Below, in pieces: positions 8,049-16,612 of a stretch of 23,835 nucleotides of DNA (position 1 is its first letter; the number at the start of each line of letters is the position of its first letter). The translations under genes and the position numbers were made by a program. This DNA is from Pseudomonadota bacterium. Lineage in GTDB: Bacteria; Desulfobacterota; Desulfobacteria; Desulfobacterales; RPRI01. Under the pieces are notes generated by a model. It had not been told where the DNA came from and made no database searches. It worked only from the letters and a program-made list of their open reading frames with translations. Location: assembly GCA_043825875.1 (NCBI GenBank), contig JBDRRF010000026.1, forward strand, positions 1 to 23,835, in the 5' to 3' direction.

Positions 8049-8516
8049 TTGAAAGTGAAAACTTTACTTACAATTCTCAAAATACTTGCTGGTGTTTTTC
8101 TCTCAATGTCTCTGCTGATAACGCTCTTTGCATTATTTATGGTCATTGAAAAGCGACATAATGCCATTATTATCACCCTGGTGTTTTTTGTGACAGACGC
8201 GCTTGCGCTTATATCTTTCTTGTTCATAAGAAGTAAATTGTTGCGAATTAAAACGGATGAACTTGAAAATATAATATTTAAGATTGCTAATGCTCACGGA
8301 GGTATGATCACTGGAACTGAACTGGCTAAGGATAGTAATTTAACTTTTGAAGAATCAACAGATGAATTGGAAAAATTACACAGGCAGGGCATATGTGAAA
8401 AAAAGGTGACTGACAATAATGTCTATATATATAATTTTACTGGGATGATATCCGATGAAGAAAAGAATAATGCCAAACAGGTTCTTCCCGACAGGGTTAC
8501 CAAAGACTACAAATAG
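8049..8516 (+). CDS. Hypothetical membrane protein (2 TM helices plus winged-helix-like C-terminus)
   Basis: Two hydrophobic segments, then GGMITGTELA...LEKLHRQG...YIYNF. Confidence 0.75.
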   Translation: MKVKTLLTILKILAGVFLSMSLLITLFALFMVIEKRHNAIIITLVFFVTDALALISFLFIRSKLLRIKTDELENIIFKIANAHGGMITGTELAKDSNLTFEESTDELEKLHRQGICEKKVTDNNVYIYNFTGMISDEEKNNAKQVLPDRVTKDYK

Positions 8517-8569
8517 CATAGTATGGAAAGCGGACTTAACTTGGAAACTTGAGAGAGTGGATATCTAAA

Positions 8570-8617
8570 CTCCAACCAAAACATCCAGTGGGCAAGCCGC
8601 ATATGTTAATGTTCGCA
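8570..8617 (+). other. Degenerate attC-like site
   Basis: CTCCAAC-5 nt-CATCCAGT...GCATATG-5 nt-GTTCGCA: canonical R''/L''/L'/R' spacing with imperfect L pairing. Confidence 0.4.
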
Positions 8618-8632
8618 GTCAGAAAAACAGCC

Positions 8633-8670
8633 TTGACATTCGGTCGTTATTTAGTATCATAAAAAGACCG
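8633..8670 (+). promoter_or_regulatory. sigma70 promoter and possible operator of the TA pair
   Basis: TTGACA (8633-8638), 16 nt, TATCAT (8655-8660); inverted CGGTC/GACCG around the -10. Confidence 0.6.
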
Positions 8671-8679
8671 GAGGTGAAA

Positions 8680-8961
8680 ATGCATATTATAGATGATATA
8701 AAACCTGTTACTTATTTAAAATCAAAAGCGGCTGATCTGCTGAATCAAATCAATACAACCCATCGACCTGTCATTATCACGCAAAATGGTGAACCCCGAG
8801 CTGTTCTTCAAGACCCTAAAAGTTATGAAGATATGCGTAATGCGATCGGCATATTAAAGTTAATATCACAAGGTGAAAGTGATATACGAAAGGGTAAGGT
8901 CAAAGCACAGGGAAAAGTGTTCGAAGACATCGAAAAGTCACTGGAAGCTAAGCGTAAATGA
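8680..8961 (+). CDS. Phd/YefM-family antitoxin
   Basis: IKPVTYLK...RPVIITQNGEPRAVLQD; GGAGG RBS before ATG 8680. Confidence 0.92.
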   Translation: MHIIDDIKPVTYLKSKAADLLNQINTTHRPVIITQNGEPRAVLQDPKSYEDMRNAIGILKLISQGESDIRKGKVKAQGKVFEDIEKSLEAKRK

Positions 8962-9287
8962 GTACAAAATACAAAGTAATTTGGGCCAGTGCTGCAGAAA
9001 AAGACTTAGTAAATATTATTGAATATATTGCTGAGGATAGTCCTCAAAATGTCATAAAAATATTAGCTAAAATCAGAACACAATCCTCAGACATATATAC
9101 CATGCCAGAAAGAGGCCGAGTTGTCCCTGAACTTTACGATCAAGGAATTTCATTATATCGGGAATTAATTATTGAACCATGGCGATTAATATACAGGATA
9201 TCTGAGCAAGAAATTTATGTTTTGTCCGTTATAGATTCTCGCAGAAATGTTGAGGATATTCTTCTAAAACGATTTATCGACATATAA
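8958..9287 (+). CDS. RelE/ParE-family toxin
   Basis: AEKDLVNIIEYIAEDSP, PERGRVVPE, YRELI, WRLIYRI, VIDSRR; 4-bp overlap with the antitoxin. Confidence 0.92.
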   Translation: MSTKYKVIWASAAEKDLVNIIEYIAEDSPQNVIKILAKIRTQSSDIYTMPERGRVVPELYDQGISLYRELIIEPWRLIYRISEQEIYVLSVIDSRRNVEDILLKRFIDI

Positions 9288-9529
9288 ATAGGTATATAAT
9301 GGGGACGGGAGGAAATGATAAAAAAGATATCATTTAAATTTCTCTCGGTTATAATAAGTCTGTTTGTTTTCTCTGGGTACTAAGTTGCTTTAACCTGTGG
9401 CTTTCTTCCCGCTTCATACCACCACACCCTACCATTTGAATTCGACTTGGTATTAATAAATAATTAGTTTTTTCACAATTGATCAGGTATTATATAATAC
9501 AAATATATCTCTCAAGGAGTTTGCCTTAT

Positions 9530-10558
9530 ATGGAAATGCATTTTAAAGAAGATAACGGCCCTATTGAGGAAGTTATAAAGCAATTAATGAAATTATCGGG
9601 AGAAATTCGCAGGCCTGCTATTGTCAGGGAGATGATATTGGCGTCATTAAAGGCGGGGCAGGAAGATAATGGAAAAGTGGATTTAAAGCTAATGAATACT
9701 TCCTTAAAAGAAATGCGTTTTACTGCTAAGGTCTTTGGGCCTTACGACCATTTAAAAAAAGTATCCGTATTCGGATCGGCACGAACAAAATCAAATGATC
9801 CTTTATATAAAACAGCATATGACCTTGGAGCTAAACTGGCCGAAACAGGCTATATGGTAATAACAGGAGGTGGTCCGGGTATTATGCAGGCTGTTCATGA
9901 AGGCGCCGGGCCGGATCATTCTTTCGGAGTTAATATTCGCCTACCTTTCGAGCAGGATTCAAACCCCGTTATCAGAGGGAACTCAAAAAATATAATGTAT
10001 AAATATTTTTTTAACAGAAAAGTTGCCTTTCTTAAAGAATCCGATGCAATTGTTATTTTCCCGGGTGGTTACGGTACACTTGATGAAGCCATGGAAACTT
10101 TGGCGCTGGTTCAAACAGGCAAGCACGATCCGCTGCCCATTATACTCGTAGATGAACCAGAGGGCAAATACTGGTTAAATTGGGTAAAATTTATAAAAGA
10201 AGAGCTGTTGGGGAAAAATTACATCAGCAAATCGGATATGAACCTGTTTGATTTTACCGACTCTGCAGATAAAGCAATTAAAATAATAAACAAGTTTTAT
10301 TCCCGTTATCACAGTATTCGCCAGATTGGTGATTGTTATATCATACGTCTTAATGAATCTCTTGAAGAAGAAAAGCTAATAAATATTAAAAACCGATATA
10401 GTGATATTCTGAAAACAGATGGGAATATTTGTGTTTCAGAAGCACTTCCGGAAGAAATTGATGAGCCTGAAATCAGCAATTTGCCAAGAATTATAATAGA
10501 TTTTAACAAAACAGATTATGGGAAATTAAAACAATTAATTGATGAGATAAATTGCTGA
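9530..10558 (+). CDS. LOG-family (long form) nucleotide phosphoribohydrolase-like protein
   Basis: VFGSAR, ITGGGPGIM, FFNRK, FPGGYGTLDE; AAGGAG before ATG 9530. Confidence 0.9.
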   Translation: MEMHFKEDNGPIEEVIKQLMKLSGEIRRPAIVREMILASLKAGQEDNGKVDLKLMNTSLKEMRFTAKVFGPYDHLKKVSVFGSARTKSNDPLYKTAYDLGAKLAETGYMVITGGGPGIMQAVHEGAGPDHSFGVNIRLPFEQDSNPVIRGNSKNIMYKYFFNRKVAFLKESDAIVIFPGGYGTLDEAMETLALVQTGKHDPLPIILVDEPEGKYWLNWVKFIKEELLGKNYISKSDMNLFDFTDSADKAIKIINKFYSRYHSIRQIGDCYIIRLNESLEEEKLINIKNRYSDILKTDGNICVSEALPEEIDEPEISNLPRIIIDFNKTDYGKLKQLIDEINC

Positions 10559-10637
10559 TCGATGTCATAAAAAGCTAATATTCGAATCTGCCGGGAATAT
10601 TAAGTTTTATAAACCAAGAACTTTGTGGAGGCAAAAA

Positions 10638-11264
10638 ATGAAAAAGCAAATAATTAATCTTATGGTTGGGTTTACTTTTTTGGTATTATTTATTTCATGC
10701 GGTAATAAAAAAGCAGACATTCCAATAGATAACAGCAGCGTTGCTCCCGGTAGTCAGGTTACAATGAAAGGCGAGGCACTATCATTGATCGGCAATGCTA
10801 TTGAGGTGGGAAAGCGACTGCCTGATACAAATCTTGTTGATGCCAAAACAATGACAGCTGTTAATCTTAATGATTATAAAGGTTCCGTTCTTTTTCTTAG
10901 CATTGTACCTTCAATTGATACTGTAGTCTGTGAAGCACAAACTCATTATTTAGGAGAACAAGGGGACAAACTTCATGCAACAATTAAGCGAATTACTATA
11001 AGCCGTGATACGCCATTTGCCCAAATCCGTTTTGCAAAAGAAGCCAAGCTAAATGATATTTTGTATCTTTCAGATTATAAAGAAGGCAGCTTCGGTAAAT
11101 CAATCGGACTGCTCATCGATGGGCCGATGTTGCTTGCAAGATCAGTTATACTTGTCGATAAAAAAGGAATTGTACAATATATCCAGGTTGTCCCTGAAGT
11201 CACACATTTGGCAGATATGGAAAAGGCTTTTGAAAAAGCGATAGAACTTGACAATCTTTCTTAG
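10638..11264 (+). CDS. tpx: Tpx-type thiol peroxidase with lipoprotein signal
   Basis: VPSIDTVVC (PxxxTxxC), ISRDTPFAQIRF, LARSV; lipobox FISC; GGAGG before ATG 10638. Confidence 0.82.
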   Translation: MKKQIINLMVGFTFLVLFISCGNKKADIPIDNSSVAPGSQVTMKGEALSLIGNAIEVGKRLPDTNLVDAKTMTAVNLNDYKGSVLFLSIVPSIDTVVCEAQTHYLGEQGDKLHATIKRITISRDTPFAQIRFAKEAKLNDILYLSDYKEGSFGKSIGLLIDGPMLLARSVILVDKKGIVQYIQVVPEVTHLADMEKAFEKAIELDNLS

Positions 11265-11273
11265 GAAAAGGAT

Positions 11274-12392
11274 ATGAAAATGGGGAAACGGCTTTTACTT
11301 GTGGGTGGTGGGCATGCACATATGATGACCCTTGCCGCTATACATAAATTTATTGAAAAAGGATATGAAGTTTCAGTAATTGGTCCTTCGCCGTATCACT
11401 TTTATTCCGGAATGGGTCCCGGAATGCTTGGCAAGATTTACACACCGTATGATATCAGATTTGCTACAAAACATTTGGTGGAAAAGCAAAAGGGTAAATT
11501 TATTCTCGGCAAGGCGGCCAGTATAGATCCCAAAAAGAAAATAGTATATCTGGAAACAGGAGATGAAGTACCATATGATGTTGTTTCTTTCAATTCCGGC
11601 AGCCAGGTGATTAAGCTGGATGTAGAAGGTGACACCAAAAATATTTATACTGTAAAACCTATTGAAAATCTAAAAGAAGCACAGGAGCGTATAGAAGTAC
11701 TCCTTTCGGAAAAGCGCGCACGTGTTGTAGTAGTTGGTGGCGGCCCCTCTGCTACCGAGATTGCGGGTAATGTCTGGAGACTTGGAACCTGTTCCGGGAA
11801 GCATACTCCCGAAATCCTGGTTTTTGCAGGCAGCAAATTTATGGATCGCTTTTCGGAAAAAATCCAAAAAAAAGCTTTTAAGTCTCTTACTGGCAGGGGA
11901 ATTAAAATTATTGAACAAATTTTTGTCAAAAAAATTAAATCCGGGAGTGTGATTTTAGAAACCGGAGAAGAACATACATTTGATTTTTTATTTCTGGCGC
12001 TTGGTATCAAACCCTCTCCTATTTTTGAGACTTCAGGGCTGCCGACAGGGCCTGATGGCGGTTTGCTGGTAAATAAGTATCTCCAGAGTACGGCTTACCC
12101 TAATATCTTCGGAGGCGGTGATTGTATTTATTTTCAGGATCAGCCTCTTACCAAAGTTGGAGTTTATGCTGTAAGGCAAAACCATGTTCTTTTGCATAAT
12201 CTAATGGCACAGCTTGAAGATAAGGCGCTTTTACCTTTTGATCCGGGAGGAGACTATCTCCAGATTTTTAATATGGGTGATGGCACCGGAATTTTTCACA
12301 AAAAGGGAATAACTTTTGGTGGAAGACTTGCGTTTATGATCAAAGATTATATTGACGGAAAGTTTATGGAAAAGTTTCAGGCATACGAGTAA
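11274..12392 (+). CDS. FAD-dependent pyridine nucleotide-disulfide oxidoreductase, similar to the domain fused N-terminally to SelD
   Basis: LVGGGHAH, YSGMGPG, VVGGGPSATE, IFGGGDC, KVGVYAVRQ, KDYID. Confidence 0.85.
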   Translation: MKMGKRLLLVGGGHAHMMTLAAIHKFIEKGYEVSVIGPSPYHFYSGMGPGMLGKIYTPYDIRFATKHLVEKQKGKFILGKAASIDPKKKIVYLETGDEVPYDVVSFNSGSQVIKLDVEGDTKNIYTVKPIENLKEAQERIEVLLSEKRARVVVVGGGPSATEIAGNVWRLGTCSGKHTPEILVFAGSKFMDRFSEKIQKKAFKSLTGRGIKIIEQIFVKKIKSGSVILETGEEHTFDFLFLALGIKPSPIFETSGLPTGPDGGLLVNKYLQSTAYPNIFGGGDCIYFQDQPLTKVGVYAVRQNHVLLHNLMAQLEDKALLPFDPGGDYLQIFNMGDGTGIFHKKGITFGGRLAFMIKDYIDGKFMEKFQAYE

Positions 12393-12441
12393 GTACACAT
12401 AAATACTTTTTGATAACACGCTTAAAACAAAAGGAGGCAAA

Positions 12442-12798
12442 ATGGGAAAATTCTTATTTGTTCTTACACGTGGTATGGAAGATCCAACCCGTGTAACTCG
12501 TACATTCCAGCTTGCTAAGGTTGCAAAAGAAACAGGACATGAAGTGAATATCTTCTTAACGGATGATGCAGTACTACTTGCAAAACATGGCATGATTGAC
12601 AATATAATTGCCCCGACCGGAGATGAGGCCTTTGCTCACTATCAATTTCTGATTCAAAATAAAGTGCCAATTTATCTCTGAATCCCATGTGCAAAGGCTC
12701 GCCAGGTTGGCGAACATGACGTGGAAGCATCTGTCCAGTTTGCCGGGGCGCCAAAGCTTATTGAATTGTCTGAAGATTCAAAAGTTATTTCATTCTGA
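12442..12798 (+). CDS. DsrE/DsrF-like selenoprotein, 118 aa, Sec at codon 80 (TGA 12679-12681)
   Basis: DsrE N-terminus (VNIFLTDDAV). The frame continues after TGA as U-IPC-AKARQV...AGAPKLIELSEDSKVISF*, a typical DsrE C-terminus. SECIS-like hairpin follows. Confidence 0.88.
12686..12718 (+). promoter_or_regulatory. Putative bacterial SECIS element
   Basis: CATGT/ACATG lower stem; TCGCCA-GGT-TGGCGA apical stem with G-containing loop, starting 18 nt after the UGA. Confidence 0.75.
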
Positions 12799-12869
12799 CT
12801 AGAAGATGATAGACAGATAAAGAATAAATCGAAACGCCAAGAGCGGATTAATACCAGCCTGGCTTGAGC

Positions 12870-13697
12870 ATGGAACCACTTAAATGGAATATCGCTTTGA
12901 ATAATACATTTTCTGATATTAATACGCTAAAGACGATTTTTTACTGGGCAGGATTATCTTTATTTCTTATGCTGGAGTTATGGTTTTCCTACCGACAGAA
13001 TAGCGTATCCAAGCTTAGGCGCTGGATGGCAAATCTGCCGTTTTCCATCATTAACGGTTCAATTTATTATCTCATATATTTTTCTGTTCTTATAGGAATT
13101 ATGATGCAAACAAAAAGCCACCAGCTCGGGCTTTTAAATTCCGTATCCATGCCGGACTGGCTGAAAATTGTTTTTGGAATTTTGATACTTGATTTTTTCT
13201 TGTATATCTGGCACCTGCTTAACCATGTTGTACCGCTTTTCTGGCGTTTCCATAGGGTTCATCACTCAGATATGAATATGGATGTATCTACTGCCAGCCG
13301 TTTTCACCTTGGCGAACTTCTTATGTCCGGCCTTTTACGCATGATGGTTGTATATTCATTCGGCATTTCTTTTATTACTTATATGCTTTTCGAAGTACTG
13401 GTAAACTTATCTATACAGTTTCATCACAGCAGTATAAGGATAAATCCTTTTTTTGAAAAAATCTGGGTTTTGTTTTTTATACCGCCCTCAATGCACCGCG
13501 TTCACCATTCTGTAAAAATAAAAGAACGCGACTCCAATTATGGAGTTCTGTTTTCTTTTTGGGATCGGTTTTTCGGCACTTTGACCTGGGGTATAGATCA
13601 GTCTAAAATATTAATCGGCATCGGCTCACACCGTAAATTTGAAAAACTCGGCTTCTGGCATATCTGGCTTATGCCTTTTACCAGAAAAAGCAAATGA
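12870..13697 (+). CDS. Sterol desaturase/fatty-acid hydroxylase family membrane protein
   Basis: His boxes HLLNH, HRVHH, FHH, HRVHH; NYG...WDRFFGT. Confidence 0.92.
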   Translation: MEPLKWNIALNNTFSDINTLKTIFYWAGLSLFLMLELWFSYRQNSVSKLRRWMANLPFSIINGSIYYLIYFSVLIGIMMQTKSHQLGLLNSVSMPDWLKIVFGILILDFFLYIWHLLNHVVPLFWRFHRVHHSDMNMDVSTASRFHLGELLMSGLLRMMVVYSFGISFITYMLFEVLVNLSIQFHHSSIRINPFFEKIWVLFFIPPSMHRVHHSVKIKERDSNYGVLFSFWDRFFGTLTWGIDQSKILIGIGSHRKFEKLGFWHIWLMPFTRKSK

Positions 13698-13719
13698 TAT
13701 CAAATATAGGAGAAAAACT

Positions 13720-14571
13720 ATGAACTGGAAAAATCTATTTACGCCGGTCAAAAATATGAATTCTGATGAAGCCAAGAAATATATGGATACGCATATTTCG
13801 GATTCGTACCAGCTTCTTGATGTCCGCCAACCTGATGAATATGAGAATGAACATATTCCAGGTGCTGCTCTTATTCCATTGCCGAAACTGCCAGACAGAT
13901 TATCCGAGCTTGATAGTAAAAAACCTACACTAGTATACTGTGCCGTTGGAGGCCGCAGCAGAGCTGCCGCACAACTCATATCGGGCAAAGGTTTTGGCGA
14001 GGTTTATAATCTTTCCGGCGGAATTAAAGCATGGAACAACCCAAAGGCAGCAGGTTCTCTTGAAGAAGGGCTTGAAGTTATCAGCGGGTTATTTGGTGGA
14101 GAAGAAGAATACAGCGATGCATTTCATCTTGCCTATGCTATGGAAAAAGGTTTGCAACTTTTCTATCTTAAACTTGCAGACAAAGAGTCTGATGAAAGTC
14201 ACAAAAAATTGTTTAATCGTCTTGCCGATTTTGAAAACAAGCATATGGCCCGCCTGGTAGAAGAATATAGGGCGGATACCGGAAACAAATCCGAAAGTTT
14301 AAAAGAAGATTTTACTACCACCAATATTCCGGAAGGCATCATGGAAGGCGGTTCCATAAGTAAATTCTTGCAAAAAGCCGAGCCGGGTTTTGAAAAAATG
14401 GCTTCAATCATTGATTTTGCAATGTCATTAGAAGCCCAGGCACTCGACCTTTATAGCAGAATAGCTAAGACAAGTGATAAAATTGCGGTGCATGATTTCT
14501 TCCTGCGGATTGCCGATGAAGAAAAGGAGCATCTCAATTACCTGGCAAAAGAGATGGAGCAGTATTTATAG
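13720..14571 (+). CDS. Rhodanese domain fused to rubrerythrin/ferritin-like diiron domain
   Basis: LLDVRQPDEY...HIPGA, active loop YCAVGGRS, LSGGIKAW; then ME...FY...ENKH and LE...LY...DEEKEH. Confidence 0.9.
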   Translation: MNWKNLFTPVKNMNSDEAKKYMDTHISDSYQLLDVRQPDEYENEHIPGAALIPLPKLPDRLSELDSKKPTLVYCAVGGRSRAAAQLISGKGFGEVYNLSGGIKAWNNPKAAGSLEEGLEVISGLFGGEEEYSDAFHLAYAMEKGLQLFYLKLADKESDESHKKLFNRLADFENKHMARLVEEYRADTGNKSESLKEDFTTTNIPEGIMEGGSISKFLQKAEPGFEKMASIIDFAMSLEAQALDLYSRIAKTSDKIAVHDFFLRIADEEKEHLNYLAKEMEQYL

Positions 14572-14577
14572 AGTTTG

Positions 14578-15009
14578 CTACATTTTTATAAAATTAGTTG
14601 AATCAAAACCGGCTATAAGGTATTCCTCAATATCTATTTTGATTAATGCTACATCAGGACTGTTTATAAAAGCTGACAGATGTGGATGTTTTTCTATGTA
14701 AAGAGTTGTCCATATATTTTCTTTTTTAACATCCTGTTCTTTGGCATTACCTTTTGCTGTTACTGCTGCTGCCTGCTTGAAATCCGATTCACGATTTGAC
14801 CTGTTGTCGATCAACATCGCTACACGCGGGTTTGAACAAATATCGGTATACTTTCGAGTCTTTCTGCTTGTTGCAAACAAAAGGTGTTTCAAATCATCGG
14901 AAAACGCAAAGGCGACCAGGCAGCAATGTGGTTGATCTCCACTATGTGTGGCAAGTACAGCAAGAGTTTGTGAAGCAAATAATTGTTTTAAGTCTGAAAG
15001 TTCTTTCAT
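14578..15009 (-). CDS. Pyridoxamine 5'-phosphate oxidase-like FMN-binding protein
   Basis: AVLAT, FATSRKTRKY, NPRVAMLIDNR. Confidence 0.85.
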   Translation of the reverse strand: MKELSDLKQLFASQTLAVLATHSGDQPHCCLVAFAFSDDLKHLLFATSRKTRKYTDICSNPRVAMLIDNRSNRESDFKQAAAVTAKGNAKEQDVKKENIWTTLYIEKHPHLSAFINSPDVALIKIDIEEYLIAGFDSTNFIKM

Positions 15010-15066
15010 ATTTTCCTCAAGTTTTAATCAAATATTAGTGGTAGCTCTTAAGCTGATGTTATTTTA

Positions 15067-15966
15067 TCAAACATTGGAATCGATTACATATCTTAAAGCT
15101 TTTTCCAGATCCGGATAAGCAAATTTTAAATCTGTATTTATAAGCCGTTCGGGTATAGCCTGGTTGCTGAAAAGCAGTTCTTCTTCAGCCATTTGCCCGA
15201 ACAATATTTTTAAAACCGGGCCTGGCAAATTTAATACAGCCGGGCGATTAATTACCTTTCCCAGTATTTTTGCAAATTGATAATTTGTTACAGGATTTGG
15301 TGTGCAAAGATTTACAGCTCCTTTTATAGAATTATTATGCAGTATAAAATCCATGGCATCCATAAGATCGCTCATTACTATCCAGCTTAAGTACTGTGTG
15401 CCGGGTCCCATTGAAGCTCCAAGCCCAAGCTTAAAAAACGGCAACAATCTTTTTATTATACCGCCTTTTAAACTTAAAACCGGAGCTATTCTTAAATGCG
15501 CAACCCTTATACCGGCATCTTCAGCCAGTTGAGTTTCCGCTTCCCATTTTTTACATACATCTGCAAGAAAACCTTTACCGGGAGAAGTTGCCTCGGTAAC
15601 AATTTGTTTGCCCTGATCACCGTAGATGCCTATACCTGAAGAAGACAGCATTACTTGCGGTTTCGGGTCAAGAGAAGCTATGGTTTTGCTTATAAGATGC
15701 GTTCCTTCAATTCTGCTGGATAATATCCGCTCTTTCTTTTTTGCAGTCCAGCGGCTATCGCCCACATTTTCTCCGGCCAAATGAATTACTGCATTAAAAG
15801 ATATTTTATCGGGAAGTTCAATTATATTGTTTTCAATATCCCAGTACAATCCTGATTCAGGCTTTTTTCCGCGTTCCAGTTTAAAAATGCGATGCCCCTT
15901 CGCAGATAGATAAGGTAACAGCGCTGAACCTATAAAACCCGATGCCCCTGTGATCAGAATATCCAT
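15067..15966 (-). CDS. TIGR01777-family NAD-dependent epimerase (YfcH-like)
   Basis: ILITGASGFIG, VIHLAGE, RWT...K..IL.SR, FLADVCKKWE, FKLGLG; natural start ATG 15966. Confidence 0.92.
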   Translation of the reverse strand: MDILITGASGFIGSALLPYLSAKGHRIFKLERGKKPESGLYWDIENNIIELPDKISFNAVIHLAGENVGDSRWTAKKKERILSSRIEGTHLISKTIASLDPKPQVMLSSSGIGIYGDQGKQIVTEATSPGKGFLADVCKKWEAETQLAEDAGIRVAHLRIAPVLSLKGGIIKRLLPFFKLGLGASMGPGTQYLSWIVMSDLMDAMDFILHNNSIKGAVNLCTPNPVTNYQFAKILGKVINRPAVLNLPGPVLKILFGQMAEEELLFSNQAIPERLINTDLKFAYPDLEKALRYVIDSNV

Positions 15967-15967
15967 A

Positions 15968-16109
15968 GAACCAGTTTCAAAACGCCCCATTTTGGCCGAT
16001 CTCTGCGTTGGGCTCAAAATTCAATCCTCGAAATACTAAATGTATTCCTGCGGTTGAAATTTTCTCCCGCCTTGAGCTTGACCAAACTAAAACGTTTTGA
16101 AAGTGGCTC
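15968..16109 (-). mobile_element. 142-bp MITE, copy A
   Basis: Terminal IRs; reverse complement of 20020-20161 with 6 mismatches; TSD CATA at 15964-15967 and 16110-16113. Confidence 0.9.
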
Positions 16110-16122
16110 CATAGTTTACCGT

Positions 16123-16590
16123 TTAAGAGTTAGATTCTTTTAGAAATATCTCTTTAATAGTTTTTAATCTGTAATCGAAAATTCTGTTTAGCTGGCTTCT
16201 CACAATCGGGTACGCTATTTCTCCTATAGGCCATAACGGTAGCCGGTACGAGACGCTGTCTTCTATTGTAGTTTTGCCGTTTTCTTTATAAAACCTGTGC
16301 GTGTGTTCCCAAATTTTGTAAGGCCCTTTTTCCACCTGGGTATCCATAAATTCATAGGGCGGGTTCCATAAACATATTTTTGAGCGCCAGCGAAAAGGTA
16401 TCCTAAAAAGACTCATCTGATAATCGATAATAGTCCCTTTTGCAATTTCAATCGGCAGAGGGCTAAGTATTTTAAAATTAAGCTCCGGCGGTGTAATTTT
16501 TTGCAGATTTTTCACATCGCAAAAAAATTGAAAAACTTTTTCAATATTAAACGGCAATTTCATTGATCTTGTGATAAGATGATTTCTCAT
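16123..16590 (-). CDS. SRPBCC-family protein
   Basis: VFQFF...NLQKITPP, GPYKIWEHTHRF, IFDYR; likely start ATG 16590. Confidence 0.88.
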   Translation of the reverse strand: MRNHLITRSMKLPFNIEKVFQFFCDVKNLQKITPPELNFKILSPLPIEIAKGTIIDYQMSLFRIPFRWRSKICLWNPPYEFMDTQVEKGPYKIWEHTHRFYKENGKTTIEDSVSYRLPLWPIGEIAYPIVRSQLNRIFDYRLKTIKEIFLKESNS

Positions 16591-16612
16591 GTTTATTAAT
16601 ATAATGGCACAC

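Noticed and set aside
12442..12681. DsrE pseudogene with a nonsense mutation
   Set aside because: The TGA falls at the motif Cys position and is followed by a SECIS-like hairpin and an intact frame, favouring Sec
10556..13697. Sec readthrough at other TGA stops (10556, 12796, 13695)
   Set aside because: The proteins already look full length and I saw no comparable SECIS-like hairpin
15967..16017. ORF-track N-terminal extension MSPTQRSAK of the TIGR01777 gene
   Set aside because: Derived from MITE sequence; the family fold starts at ATG 15966
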